Of a DNA stretch of 64,000 bases, positions 1 to 10,578 are shown piece after piece. The DNA comes from Verrucomicrobiota bacterium (lineage in GTDB: Bacteria > Verrucomicrobiota > Verrucomicrobiia > Limisphaerales > Palsa-1400), in assembly GCA_049510745.1 (NCBI GenBank), contig JBEKYR010000008.1:192001-256000 (forward strand), read 5' to 3'. Position 1 is the stretch's first letter. Each line of letters opens with the position of its first letter. Under the pieces are notes generated by a model. That model had not been told where the DNA came from and did no database searches. It worked only from the letters and a program-made list of their open reading frames with translations. Both the position numbers and the translations under genes were made by a program.

Positions 1-948
1 TACCGGCTGGCGGACCTGGGATTGGTCTGGGTGCAGGCGGACATTTATGAACAGGACTTGGCGTATATCAAGCTGGGCCAGGAGGCGACCGTCACGCTCT
101 CCTACCTGCCGGACCGCGAGTTTCGCGGGCGCGTCACTTACATCTATCCAAACGTGGATGAGAAAACCCGCACCGCCCGCGTCCGCATGGAGTTCCACAA
201 TCCGGGCTACTTCCTCAAGCCCGGCATGTTCGCCACCGTCAAAGTGGTCTCCGAGCTGGCGCCGTCCGTCTTGCTGATCCCCGACATGGCCATTCTGCGC
301 AGCGGCGAGAAGACCACCGTCTTCGTGGCGTTGGACGGCGGAAAGTTTGACCCGCGCACCGTCACGCTCGGGCCGCAGGCGGAGAACGACGACTATCAGG
401 TTCTCAGCGGGTTGAGCGAGGGCGAGCGGATTGTCACCTCGGGCCAGTTCATGCTCGATTCGGAAAGCCAGCTCCGCGAGGCGATTCAGAAAATGCTCGA
501 GCCGCGCCAAGCCTCCGCGCGCGCGGAGCGGGAGCGAGCCGTAGCGCCTTCCGCACTGAGCGCCACCAACGCTCCACCCTCCCCGGCCACCGAGGCCGTG
601 AAATACATCTGCCCGATGCCGGAGCATGTTTCCATCGAATACGACCATCCCGGCAAATGTCCCATTTGCGGCATGACGCTGGTGCCCGTGTCCCAAGCCA
701 TGCTCAAGAAACTCCAGCCGGGCGGGAAGGTTCTTTACTACACCTGCCCGATGCCGGAGCACAGCGACGTGCGGTCCGACAAACCGGGCCAGTGCCCCAA
801 ATGCGGCATGACGCTCATTCCGATAATTGAAGCGCCGCCCCTGCCGCCGTCCGCGACCGCTCCCACAAGCAATCCTTCGGGTTCGGCAACTCCCGCCGGC
901 GCCATGACAATGCCTGAGGGAACGATCATGCCCGGACAAAAGAACTAA
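1..948 (+). CDS. cusB: CusB-like RND efflux periplasmic adaptor (5' truncated by window) with two C-terminal heavy-metal-binding domains
   Basis: Membrane-fusion-protein motifs (TRTARVR, LKPGMFA, GQFMLDSES); two Y-x-CPMPEH...PG-x-CP-x-CGMTL repeats; directly upstream of a cusA-like gene. Confidence 0.9.
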   Translation, partial: YRLADLGLVWVQADIYEQDLAYIKLGQEATVTLSYLPDREFRGRVTYIYPNVDEKTRTARVRMEFHNPGYFLKPGMFATVKVVSELAPSVLLIPDMAILRSGEKTTVFVALDGGKFDPRTVTLGPQAENDDYQVLSGLSEGERIVTSGQFMLDSESQLREAIQKMLEPRQASARAERERAVAPSALSATNAPPSPATEAVKYICPMPEHVSIEYDHPGKCPICGMTLVPVSQAMLKKLQPGGKVLYYTCPMPEHSDVRSDKPGQCPKCGMTLIPIIEAPPLPPSATAPTSNPSGSATPAGAMTMPEGTIMPGQKN

Positions 949-957
949 AGGGCGATC

Positions 958-3900
958 ATGCTCAGAGGCGTCATTGATTTTTCGCTCAAGAACAAATTCA
1001 TCGTTCTGCTCGGCACGGTCACGCTCGTGCTTGGCGGCATTTATGCCGTGCGCAACATTCCGCTCGACGCCATCCCCGACCTGTCGGACGTGCAGGTGAT
1101 CATCTACACCGAATGGCCCGGCCAGGCGCCCCAAATCGTCCAGGACCAGGTCACCTATCCCCTCACGACCAAAATGCTTTCCGTGCCGAAGGCGACCGTC
1201 GTGCGCGGCTATTCTTTTTACGGCTTCTCCTTCGTCTATGTGATTTTTCAGGACGGCACGGACCCGTATTGGGCGCGCAGCCGGGTGCTCGAATACCTGA
1301 ACGGCATGAGCGGACAACTGCCGCAAGGCGTTTCGCCCGCCCTCGGCCCGGACGCCACCGGCGTCGGCTGGGCGTTCATGTATTCGCTCAACTCCACCAA
1401 CCGCGACCTGGCCCAACTGCGTTCGATGCAGGACTGGTATCTGCGTTATCAAATCGCGTCCGTCGAGGGCGTGTCCGAAGTCGCTTCCGTCGGCGGTTTC
1501 GTCAAGCAGTATCAAGTCACGGTGGACCCCGCCCGGCTGCGCGCTTTCCACCTGTCGATTTCTGACGTGGCGATGGCCGTCAAGCGCAGCAACGGCGAGG
1601 TCGGCGGCCGTTCCATCGAATTGTCGGAAAAGGAATTCATCCTGCGCGTCAAGGGTTACGTGCAGAATCTGGACGATCTGCGCAAAGTGGCGGTGGGCGT
1701 GGGTGACAAGGGCGTTCCGATTCTCCTCAGCCAGGTCGCCAACGTCGAACTCGGCCCCGACATGCGGCGCGGCATCGCCGAGTTCAACGGCGAAGGCGAA
1801 ACCGTCGGCGGCATCGTCGTGGTGCGCTACGGCGCCAACGCCCGCCAGGTCATCCTTGACGTCAAGCAAAAGCTCGACGCGGCGATGAAGGGACTGCCGC
1901 CGGACGTGCAATACACCATCGCCTATGACCGCAGCGCGCTGATCCATCGCGCCGTCAAAACGCTCGAAGAAAAGCTCCTTGAGGAAAGCCTCGTCGTGGC
2001 GCTGGTCTGCCTGGCCTTCCTCATGCACCTGCGCAGTTCCCTCGTGGCCATCCTCATCCTGCCCATCGCCGTGCTGATTTCGTTCCTCGTCATGTTTGGC
2101 CAGGGCCTCAGCTCGAACATCATGTCGCTGGGCGGCATCGCCATCGCCATCGGCGCGATGGTCGATGCGGCCATCATCATGATTGAAAACGCCCACAAAC
2201 ATATTGAGCGCGACCACGGCAACAAGCCGCATTGGGACATCATCCGCGACGCCGCGGTCGAAGTCGGGCCGACGCTCTTTTACTCGCTGCTCGTCATTAC
2301 GGTGTCGTTCATTCCCATCTTCACGTTCCAGGCGCAGGAAGGCCGGCTCTTCAAGCCGCTGGCGTTCACCAAGACCTATTCGATGGCTGCGGCCGCGCTG
2401 CTCTCCATCACGCTGGCCCCGGTTTTGATGGGATTTTTTATCCGCGGCAAAATCCCGCCCGAAGAAAAAAACCCCCTCAACCGCTTGCTGCTCTGGCTCT
2501 ATCATCCGGCGATTGACTTCGTCATCAAATGGCGCCGGGCCGTCATTGCCACGGCCGCGTTGCTGGTCGTTTGGGTGTTCTTTCCGTGGAACGCTCTGAC
2601 CGCGCGCCTTTTGCCCGATGGCAAGGTCAAGGAATGGGCCTTCAGAGCCGGGAAATTCTTCCCTTACCAGAACATCGGCCGGGAATTCATGCCGCCACTC
2701 TACGAAGGGGACTTGCTCTACATGCCGACGACTTTCCCCGGCATCTCTCCCACCAAGGCGCGTGAAGTGCTGCAAACCACCGACCGAATCATTCACCGGT
2801 TCCCCGAAGTGCGGAACGTCTTCGGCAAAATTGGCCGCGCCGAGACGGCCACCGACCCCGCTCCGTTCGACATGATCGAAACCACCATCATGCTCAAACC
2901 GGAAGAAGAATGGCCCGCGGTGGACATCCAGGACGATGCCGGCAACATCACCGCCCACCGCCGCCGCACGCCGGACGAATTGGTGGACGCGATGAACGCC
3001 GCCGTGCAAATCCCCGGCCTCAACAACGCCTGGACCATGCCGATCAGGACGCGCATCGACATGCTGGCGACCGGCATCAAGACGCCGGTGGGCATCAAGG
3101 TCGCCGGGCCGGATTTGGCGGAATTGGAGCGCGTCGCTTCGGAAGTCGAGGCGGTGGTCAAAACCGTGCCCGGCACTTTGAGCGCGTTTGCCGAGCGCAC
3201 GATGGGCGGAAACTACATCCAGTTCACCATTGACCGCGACGCCATCGCCCGCTACGGCCTGCGCGTCGGCGACGTGCAGGACGTGCTCGAAGTGGCGCTT
3301 GGCGGAATGCCCTTGACAACCACCGTCGAGGGCTTGGAACGTTACACGGTCAATCTCCGCTACAGCCGCGATTTCCGCGAAAACCTTGGCGCCCTGCGCG
3401 ACATCATCGTGCCCACGCCCGCCGGCGCGCAAGTGCCGCTGGGCCAGTTGGCGAAAATCGAAACCGTCCGCGCCCCGATGGGCATTAAAAGCGAGGCGGC
3501 CGTGCCCAACGCCTGGGTTTACGTGGACGTCAAAGGCATGGACATCGGCACCTATGTGCAAACGGCCATCCGCGCCGTCAACGACGCCGTGGCCAGGGGC
3601 CAAATCCATCTCCCGACCGGCTACAACATTTTTTGGAGCGGCCAATATGAATACATGCAGCGGGCCAAGGCGCGATTGATGCTCATGGTGCCGCTGACGC
3701 TGCTCATCATCGTGCTCATCATTTACCTCAACACTCGTTCAGCCGTCCAGACCGCCATCGTGATGCTCGCCGTTCCCTTTTCGCTGGTGGGCGCGTTCGC
3801 GGCCATCCACTGGCTCGGATACAACCTGAGCGTCGCCGTCTGGGTTGGCATCATCGCCTTGGCCGGCCTGGACGCTGAGACCGGCGTGGTCATGTTGCTT

Positions 3901-4218
3901 TATCTCAACCTCGCCTACGACCAGTGGATCAAACAAGGCCGGATGCGCAACGTCACCGACCTGCGCGACGCCATCTATCACGGCGCCGTCAAGCGGGTCC
4001 GCCCCAAAGCCATGACCGCCTGCGTCATCATCGCCGGCCTGATGCCGATCATGTGGAGCCACGGCGCCGGCGCGGACGTGATGAAACGCATCGCCACGCC
4101 GATGATTGGCGGCGTGGTCACCTCCACCCTCATGGAACTTTTGGTTTATCCCGCGATTTTTTACGTCTGGCGCGCGCCGCGCGTCGAGTCCGTCGCCGCC
4201 ACCCCGGCGGCAACCTGA
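958..4218 (+). CDS. cusA: CusA/CzcA heavy-metal efflux RND permease
   Basis: 1086 aa; DAIPDLSDVQV, GPDATGVGW, GAMVDAAIIMIEN, RVRPKAMT motifs. Confidence 0.95.
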   Translation: MLRGVIDFSLKNKFIVLLGTVTLVLGGIYAVRNIPLDAIPDLSDVQVIIYTEWPGQAPQIVQDQVTYPLTTKMLSVPKATVVRGYSFYGFSFVYVIFQDGTDPYWARSRVLEYLNGMSGQLPQGVSPALGPDATGVGWAFMYSLNSTNRDLAQLRSMQDWYLRYQIASVEGVSEVASVGGFVKQYQVTVDPARLRAFHLSISDVAMAVKRSNGEVGGRSIELSEKEFILRVKGYVQNLDDLRKVAVGVGDKGVPILLSQVANVELGPDMRRGIAEFNGEGETVGGIVVVRYGANARQVILDVKQKLDAAMKGLPPDVQYTIAYDRSALIHRAVKTLEEKLLEESLVVALVCLAFLMHLRSSLVAILILPIAVLISFLVMFGQGLSSNIMSLGGIAIAIGAMVDAAIIMIENAHKHIERDHGNKPHWDIIRDAAVEVGPTLFYSLLVITVSFIPIFTFQAQEGRLFKPLAFTKTYSMAAAALLSITLAPVLMGFFIRGKIPPEEKNPLNRLLLWLYHPAIDFVIKWRRAVIATAALLVVWVFFPWNALTARLLPDGKVKEWAFRAGKFFPYQNIGREFMPPLYEGDLLYMPTTFPGISPTKAREVLQTTDRIIHRFPEVRNVFGKIGRAETATDPAPFDMIETTIMLKPEEEWPAVDIQDDAGNITAHRRRTPDELVDAMNAAVQIPGLNNAWTMPIRTRIDMLATGIKTPVGIKVAGPDLAELERVASEVEAVVKTVPGTLSAFAERTMGGNYIQFTIDRDAIARYGLRVGDVQDVLEVALGGMPLTTTVEGLERYTVNLRYSRDFRENLGALRDIIVPTPAGAQVPLGQLAKIETVRAPMGIKSEAAVPNAWVYVDVKGMDIGTYVQTAIRAVNDAVARGQIHLPTGYNIFWSGQYEYMQRAKARLMLMVPLTLLIIVLIIYLNTRSAVQTAIVMLAVPFSLVGAFAAIHWLGYNLSVAVWVGIIALAGLDAETGVVMLLYLNLAYDQWIKQGRMRNVTDLRDAIYHGAVKRVRPKAMTACVIIAGLMPIMWSHGAGADVMKRIATPMIGGVVTSTLMELLVYPAIFYVWRAPRVESVAATPAAT

Positions 4219-4253
4219 AACGGGGTTCACGAGAGAACGCCCGGCCCAAGGTC

Positions 4254-4886
4254 TCACTTTTTGAAAAAGGGCGTTTGCTCCAAGGCGTTGAAGATGAATT
4301 GCACCGCCACCGAAGCCAGGAGCAGCCCGAACAATCGCGTGACCAGCTTGAGCGCCAGGGAGTTGAGATAATGCGCCCCGCGCACCGCCAGCCAAAAGAC
4401 CCAGTAACTCATAAAACACACCAGGGCGATGGCGGCAAAGAGGACCGCAACCTGGGCGATCCCCTTGGCCTGATTGAGCAGAATCAGCACCGTCGAAATC
4501 GCCCCCGGCCCAGCCAGCATGGGCACGCCCAGCGGCGTGATGGCAATGTCATCCTTGGCCGCCCCGGCCGCCACTTCTTCAACCGTCTCTTGCGCGGGCG
4601 AGCGCCGGGCATAAAGCATGTCCAGGGCGATGCGCAACAGGAGGATGCTGCCGGCCATCTGAAACGCCGGCAGCGTAATGCCCATCACCTTGAAAATCAG
4701 ATTCCCGGCCGCGGCGAAAACCACCAGCACTCCGGCCGACACCCAGCAAGCCAGACGCGCCATGCGCAGCTTTGCCGCCGGAGCATCGTTGGGCGTCATG
4801 GCGATGAACGCCGGCACCACCGCGATCGGGTCCAGGATCACAAAGATCGACGTGACCGCCAACAGACTATATTCGCCAAAAGTCAT
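4254..4886 (-). CDS. marC: MarC family membrane protein
   Basis: Six hydrophobic segments; DIAITPLGVPMLAGPGAIST signature; start chosen at ATG 4886. Confidence 0.9.
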   Translation of the reverse strand: MTFGEYSLLAVTSIFVILDPIAVVPAFIAMTPNDAPAAKLRMARLACWVSAGVLVVFAAAGNLIFKVMGITLPAFQMAGSILLLRIALDMLYARRSPAQETVEEVAAGAAKDDIAITPLGVPMLAGPGAISTVLILLNQAKGIAQVAVLFAAIALVCFMSYWVFWLAVRGAHYLNSLALKLVTRLFGLLLASVAVQFIFNALEQTPFFKK

Positions 4887-5019
4887 CTCCGGGAATACTG
4901 CCACTCTGCCGATTCAATGGAAACACCGCCGCCTTCTTTAACCAAGGCAAAATCCGCTAAGACCTCGCCAAAAAGCGGCCAGCCAATCCGTCTTCGATGC
5001 GTTAAGCTTACAGAGTACA

Positions 5020-5604
5020 ATGCTGATCGACATGACTGCCGCTCAAGAAGAATCGAACCTCGAGGGCTACCCGCGACAATATGAAACCAGAGCGCGGTTC
5101 GCGGGGCCTCTTGACCTCTTCTTCCGTCCGATCAAGCCCACGGACGCGGCCGCATTGCGGGAACTTTTTCGCTCGCATTCGGAGCAAACCATTCTTTACC
5201 GGTTCTTCACCTCCTGGCGCGAATTACCGCCGGAGCTGCTGCAAAAATTCGTCAACCTCGACTATCGCAACGACATGGCCATCGTCGGGCTGGCCCCGGT
5301 GACGGGCGGCGAACGGATCTTGTGCGTGGGCCGTTATTTTCGAGTGGCCAATTCCAACGACGCCGAACTGGCCATCACGGTGCATGACGATTTTCAGAAA
5401 CGCGGGATCGGGACCTTTCTGCTTCGCTTGTTGCTCAAGATCGCCCGTCAATATGGGATCGAGGTTTTTTCGGCCGACGTTCTGGCCGAGAATCGCGGCA
5501 TGATGCGTCTGCTCTGCAAGGAAGCCGGGAAATTGGAAACCCGCCTGGAAGCCGGCGTTTACCACGTGCGTTTCCCCTTGGGACCTGCCGGGGGAGGCGA
5601 ATGA
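5020..5604 (+). CDS. GNAT family N-acetyltransferase
   Basis: Motif A ([14 protein letters not shown]), DVLAENRGM; resembles the GNAT module of Pat-type acetyltransferases. Confidence 0.85.
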   Translation: MLIDMTAAQEESNLEGYPRQYETRARFAGPLDLFFRPIKPTDAAALRELFRSHSEQTILYRFFTSWRELPPELLQKFVNLDYRNDMAIVGLAPVTGGERILCVGRYFRVANSNDAELAITVHDDFQKRGIGTFLLRLLLKIARQYGIEVFSADVLAENRGMMRLLCKEAGKLETRLEAGVYHVRFPLGPAGGGE

Positions 5605-5682
5605 CACCGGGATTCCCCTTCACCCGGCCCCGTCCGCGAAGTTTTCTTGCCTTCCGCATGGGATTAAATCATTTTTTTGGCC

Positions 5683-6159
5683 ATGGAATCCCATGAGTTA
5701 TTGCGCGATGTTTTTCAGAAAATAAGCCCAAAACAAGCCGCCGCCGACTTGGGCCTGTCCCTTTCCATGGTCTATAAATGGGCCGAGCCGCCCGAACAAC
5801 GCAGCGGCGCCGCCAATCCCCTGGACCGCGTGGCCGCTTTGATCCGATGCAGCGACGACTCCCGCATCGCCCAGTGGATTTGCCACAAGGCGGGCGGCTT
5901 TTACGTCAAGAATCCACGCAACATCCATCCTCATCCCCTCCACTTGGTCCCCGCCATGAACACCGTCGTCCAGGAGTTTGCCGACCTCTTGTCCGTCATG
6001 GCCGCCGCCGCCAACGACAGCAAGATCACCGCCGCCGAAGCCAAGTCGATCCGCGACCGCTGGGAGGAACTCAAGACGGTCACGGAGGAATTTGTCCGCT
6101 GCTGCGAGGAGGGCAACTTCCGCCCCATCCATGGCGCGGCGCCGCCCGAGAAATTGTAG
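5683..6159 (+). CDS. Phage regulatory CII-like HTH protein
   Basis: N-terminal HTH (KQAAADLGLSLSMVYKW), NPLDR motif, C-terminal 'DSKITAAEA' helical motif. Confidence 0.65.
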   Translation: MESHELLRDVFQKISPKQAAADLGLSLSMVYKWAEPPEQRSGAANPLDRVAALIRCSDDSRIAQWICHKAGGFYVKNPRNIHPHPLHLVPAMNTVVQEFADLLSVMAAAANDSKITAAEAKSIRDRWEELKTVTEEFVRCCEEGNFRPIHGAAPPEKL

Positions 6160-6163
6160 GCGC

Positions 6164-7771
6164 ATGAGTTCCCCGTTTCGGCGGTCCGCCGGGGTTTGCC
6201 TCCTGGCGCTGCTGGCGGGCGGCGCGCCGCCGCTGCCGGCGGCGGAGGTCATCCAGAGCGATCTGTGTGTTTTTGGCGCCACCTCCGCCGGCGTGGCCGC
6301 GGCCGTGCAGGCCGCGCGCGAAGGCCGGAAAGTGGTGTTGACGGAATTCGGCGGCCACCTCGGCGGCATGACCGCCGGGGGCCTGAGCCAGACGGACATC
6401 GGCAACAAAGGCGCCATCGGCGGCATCGCCCGCGAGTTTTACCGGCGCATGGGCCGCCACTACGGCTCCAACGAAGTCTGGAAGCTCGAACCCGGCGTCG
6501 CGGAAAGCGTGTTCCAGGACCTGATCGCCGGGGCCGCCGTGCCGGTTTACTTCCACCGCCGGCTGGCTGGCGTCAAAACCAGCGGCGCGCGCCTGGCCGA
6601 AATCCAGATGGAGGACGGCTCGGTCTTCCGCGCCAAAATGTTTATTGACGCCAGTTACGAGGGCGATTTGATGGCCGCGGCCGGGGTTTCCTTCTTTGTC
6701 GGACGCGAGGCCAACGCCCGCTACGGTGAAACCCTCGACGGCATCCGCGCCCTCACGCCCCAGCACCAATTCACCGTCGCGGTGGACCCGTATGTCCGTC
6801 CGGGCGATCCGGCCAGCGGCCTGCTGCCGGGAGTGCAGGACCAGGCGCCAGGCCTGCCGGGGGCGGGCGACAACTCCGTGCAGGCTTACAACTTCCGGCT
6901 TTGCCTGACGCAAAACCCGACGAACAAACTGCCCATCGAACCGCCCGCCCACTACGACCCGGCGCAATACGAATTGCTGGCCCGCTACCTGGAAGCCCTC
7001 GTGGCCGCCGGCAAGCCGCCGCGCCTGGGCCAGTTGATCGACCTCCAGCCCATGCCGCACGGCAAGACCGACATCAACAACAACGGCCCCTTCTCGACCG
7101 ATTTTATTGGCGGCAACCAGGGCTACTCCGGCGGCGACTACGCCCAGCGCGCCCGCATCTGGCAGGCGCACGAGGATTACACCCGCGGCTTTCTGCATTT
7201 CCTGGCAGCCAGCCCGCGCGTCCCGGCCCCCCTCCGCGCCGAGATGCAATCCTGGGGGCTGTGTAAAGATGAATTTCAAGACACCGGCGGCTGGCCCCAT
7301 CAACTCTACATTCGCGAGGCCCGCCGCATGGTCTCCGACTATGTCATGACCGAAAACAACTGCCGCCATTCCCTGGCCGTGCCCGACGCCGTGGCGCTGG
7401 CGGCCTACACCATGGATTCGCACAATTGCCGCCGCATCGTCCGCGAGGGCCGCGTGGAAAACGAAGGCGACGTGCAGGTGGGCGGATTTCCCCCCTACCC
7501 GATCAGTTACCGCTCGCTCACGCCGCGCAAGCGGGAATGCGAAAACCTTCTCGTGCCCGTCTGTCTTTCCGCCACACACATCGCCTACGGGTCCATCCGC
7601 ATGGAACCGGTATTCATGGTTCTTGGGCAGTCGGCGGCCGTGGCGGCCGGGCTGGCCCTGGAAAAGAACGTGCCGGTGCAGGAGATTCCCTACGGCCAAT
7701 TGCGCCAGCGCCTGCTGGCGGCCCGCCAGGTATTGGAATGGCCGCCCCCGCCCGCCCCGCCCTCCCCGTGA
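6164..7771 (+). CDS. Secreted FAD-dependent oxidoreductase (FAD_oxidored family)
   Basis: Signal-peptide-like N-terminus, GATSAGVAAA Rossmann motif, FIDASYEGDL, SIRMEPVFM. Confidence 0.88.
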   Translation: MSSPFRRSAGVCLLALLAGGAPPLPAAEVIQSDLCVFGATSAGVAAAVQAAREGRKVVLTEFGGHLGGMTAGGLSQTDIGNKGAIGGIAREFYRRMGRHYGSNEVWKLEPGVAESVFQDLIAGAAVPVYFHRRLAGVKTSGARLAEIQMEDGSVFRAKMFIDASYEGDLMAAAGVSFFVGREANARYGETLDGIRALTPQHQFTVAVDPYVRPGDPASGLLPGVQDQAPGLPGAGDNSVQAYNFRLCLTQNPTNKLPIEPPAHYDPAQYELLARYLEALVAAGKPPRLGQLIDLQPMPHGKTDINNNGPFSTDFIGGNQGYSGGDYAQRARIWQAHEDYTRGFLHFLAASPRVPAPLRAEMQSWGLCKDEFQDTGGWPHQLYIREARRMVSDYVMTENNCRHSLAVPDAVALAAYTMDSHNCRRIVREGRVENEGDVQVGGFPPYPISYRSLTPRKRECENLLVPVCLSATHIAYGSIRMEPVFMVLGQSAAVAAGLALEKNVPVQEIPYGQLRQRLLAARQVLEWPPPPAPPSP

Positions 7772-7915
7772 GGGCAAACGCATCTCATGTTTTTGGTAGG
7801 GCCGTGCTGCCGCATGGCCACTGATGTTTTGGTAGGGCCGTGCTGCCGCATGGCCACTGATGTTTTGGTAGGGCCGTGCTGCCGCGCGGCCACTGACTAT
7901 TGCAGTGCCTTCAAA
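7632..7915 (+). repeat. Direct repeat A, copy 1 (3' end of FAD oxidoreductase gene plus downstream REP-like sequence)
   Basis: Aligns by eye with 12315-12528. Confidence 0.9.
7789..7896 (+). repeat. Three tandem 36-bp GTAG-type REP-like units
   Basis: TGTTTTGGTAGGGCCGTGCTGCCGC(AT/GC)GGCCACTGA x3 with no spacers; internal GGCCGTGC/GCATGGCC hairpin after GTAG. Confidence 0.85.
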
Positions 7916-7925
7916 AAAAGCCTGG

Positions 7926-9209
7926 TCAGCAAAATCTGTGGGTGAGGACATCGGGTTCGGGGAGCCTTCCTAACGTGTGATACAAGGCGATCTCCATCGC
8001 ATCTTAGGTGCGAAAGCCATAGGATCGTCTGGTTACCACTCGGATTTTATTGTTCAGACCCTCGACGGCGCCGCTGGAGACTTCGCCTTTGGCTTTGAAC
8101 CAATTCATCAACAACTCTTGATGAGCGCGCAACGTCCGCGCCACTTTCTTCATGGGTTCAATGCGGCTGCGCAAGGCGCGCCACGTCCAATCATCCAAAA
8201 AGTAGCCCGCCCAAGTCAGCGATTTGTAGCTCCTGAAGTGCTGGAACGTTTCCTTGAGGATCCAGGCCCGTGCGGTGGCCAGCTTGCTGGCGACCAAAGC
8301 CTTGAGCTGGCATCGAGCTTTGCCGCGCACCCGGCTGCCTCGCCGCAACAGTTTCCAGCGCATTTCTTTGAGATGCCTGGCTTGGGCTGAGGCCGCAATC
8401 CGCAAGCGGCCGCTTTCGGCCCGGCGCACTTGATCGACGGCCTGGTTCAAGTGCGTTGTGATATGGAACCGGTCCAGCACATGCAACGCCTGGCCCGCCT
8501 TGGCGGCGATGACGTTGAGATAAGGCCGCCACATGTCGCTGCACACAAAGCGCCGTCCTTTGACGGTGTCCTCACCCAGCGCCGCCAGGCCCCGGCGCAA
8601 GGTGGCTTGGGTGCGCCGCTTGCCTCCCCACAATAAACGGCGGCGATCGGGGTCAATCTGGTAAATTACGGTCAGGAAATTATCCGCCCGCTTGCTCTTG
8701 CCCCAGTGGATTTCGTCCACGCCGATTGATTCGACCCCTTCGAGTTTGCGGTGCGCCAAGCCCCATTGCACAAACCACTCCACCGAGCGGTAAACGCATT
8801 CCCAACTGGTGTGGAAGGCCTGCGCTGTCTCGCGCCACGACAAACGCCGCGCCCAGCGGGAAAGAAAGCACATCATGGCAATGGTTACCGGCCGCTTGCC
8901 CTGGCTTCAGGGAACGTGCTCGATGACCACCCCGCAGGTCGGGCAGTTGACCCGCCGGGCGGCGTAGAGAAAGCAGGTCATGATTCCCCACAGCGGCACA
9001 AAGAGCCAGGAACGTTGGGGCAACTGGTCATAGCCGGGGGCCGGCTGCAAGCAGTGGGAGCACTTGGCGCGGATGCCGGCCTTGGGTTGGAGGGTGATCT
9101 GGATTTGGCGGGGGCGGCCTTTGCGGTCGCGCAGCAAGCGGATGTCGTCGTAAACGAAGCCAACAAAGTGTTGAACGGCGTTGAGCAGGGTCTTAACTTG
9201 GAGCTGCAT
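7926..9209 (-). pseudogene. ISL3-family transposase pseudogene
   Basis: Single frame of 428 codons: zinc-finger CxxC motifs, IGVDEI, CSDMW, DRFH, VEGLNNK, ending THRFC*; in-frame TGA at 8907-8909 and TAA at 8004-8006. Confidence 0.9.
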
Positions 9210-9285
9210 AGCTGGTCTGTCGGCCCGGGTCTGTCGGCCCGGGCCGGGCGCTGAACTTCTATTCACACAACGCAGGTTGATACAA

Positions 9286-10146
9286 ATGCGGACTCTGGCT
9301 CAAGCTTACTGGGACCTGATTCGCGGTGCGAAAAAATGGTTGGCCCTTACTCTTTGCCTTTTCTGCTTCGGATTCGCAGCAGCAGTAGTGTTTGGCATTG
9401 CAAACCCGACCCTGATTGAACAAGTGGTGGAGCACCTTCATGGAAATCCTGAGACGGGATTTCCAGCCTTCGTCCTCTTCCTTAAGCATAACTTGACGGC
9501 CCTGCTTATCATCTGGTGCGGAGGCTTCGTCCCTGCCATTGCCCCCCTGTTCAACATCCTTGCAACGGGATTTATCCTTGGCACCTTGCTCGTGGACAGA
9601 GGAGTTCTCTACTCGTTTCTCTCCATTTTTCCGCACGGCATCGTCGAGATCCCGGCTATCCTCGTGGGGAACGCCTTTTCGTTGAGACTCGGCTTGAGGT
9701 GGATTTTCCAGAAGACTGCAGGCGAGCGCAAGCGGACCTTTGTTACAGATTTACAGAACAGCCTTAAGATCGGTCTTGTGTGCATGTTTCTGATCGTTAT
9801 TGCGGCTATGATTGAGACTTTTGCCACACCCAAAATCCTGGCGGCTTACGAGAGAGGGCATCTGGCCGGTATCGGCGTTCAGCTCGCAGTGCATGAGCAC
9901 CAGCTTACGATTACTCATGTCTTCCCCGACAGCCCAGCCTCGAAAGCCGGGCTCGTTTCCGGCCTGGTCATCCACAAAATTGATGGCGTCGAGACTGCTG
10001 GCAAGGACATCCGGCAATGCCGTGAAATGCTCCACGGCCGGGTTGGCACGAAGGTCAGACTTGAGCTGATCGACACTGCACGAAACCAGACAAACAGCAT
10101 CGAATTGGTGCGGGACTTATTGCCACACTTTTACCTTCCCCTATAG
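9286..10146 (+). CDS. SpoIIM-family membrane protein fused to a C-terminal PDZ domain
   Basis: PHGIVEIPA SpoIIM motif, IAAMIETF; PDZ motif GIGVQL...VFPDSPASKAGL. Confidence 0.8.
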   Translation: MRTLAQAYWDLIRGAKKWLALTLCLFCFGFAAAVVFGIANPTLIEQVVEHLHGNPETGFPAFVLFLKHNLTALLIIWCGGFVPAIAPLFNILATGFILGTLLVDRGVLYSFLSIFPHGIVEIPAILVGNAFSLRLGLRWIFQKTAGERKRTFVTDLQNSLKIGLVCMFLIVIAAMIETFATPKILAAYERGHLAGIGVQLAVHEHQLTITHVFPDSPASKAGLVSGLVIHKIDGVETAGKDIRQCREMLHGRVGTKVRLELIDTARNQTNSIELVRDLLPHFYLPL

Positions 10147-10492
10147 CCCGCTCAGCGGCTCAGCTCAACTGCAACGTATCCGCCTGCCCTCCGACAGCTT
10201 GGGTAAACCGCTGCGCTGGCCCCCAGAGCACGGCGGATACACTGCTTCACGTTACTCGAATGCGGACAGATCAGCTATTGTTGATCGGGGTCGGAGGACT
10301 TCAGCCCTGCAATTTTTCACAAGCAATTTCTTAGCGGCGCAAGATGGCGGAGGGCTGGGCAGTCAAGGTGGAGCGCAGCAGGGCACGGGGGCACGTGGCG
10401 AGCAATACCTTGACGGCCCGGCCCGGAGCCATAGGCTGGGCGCGGCGCAATTGCTTGGCGCTCCATTGTCTTTCGGCCGTCAGGCCGCTCGA

Positions 10493-10578
10493 CTTCATCC
10501 CCGGCCAACTCTTTGGTGGGGCGACGCCGCGCCCACAAACGGTCATCCCGACAATCTGTTCCAGTCTCCTGCCGAGCC
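10493..10578 (+). repeat. Direct repeat X, copy 1 (~86 bp)
   Basis: CTTCATCCCCGGCCAACTCTTTGGT...GGTCATCCCGACAAT matches 13313-13398 without gaps. Confidence 0.85.

Noticed and set aside
7789..7896. 36-bp repeats as a CRISPR array
   Set aside because: Units are head-to-tail with no spacers, there are no cas genes, and a single copy recurs at ~12472; fits a tandemly amplified REP
6080..7951. Long antisense ORFs (also 20993-23017, 41662-43356, 46243-47742, 57013-59052 and others)
   Set aside because: Shadow frames opposite well-supported GC-rich genes, with no recognisable motifs
8907..8909. TGA recoding (Sec/Trp) in the transposase
   Set aside because: Many genes here end in TGA, and the same gene has a second stop and other apparently damaging substitutions; ordinary decay
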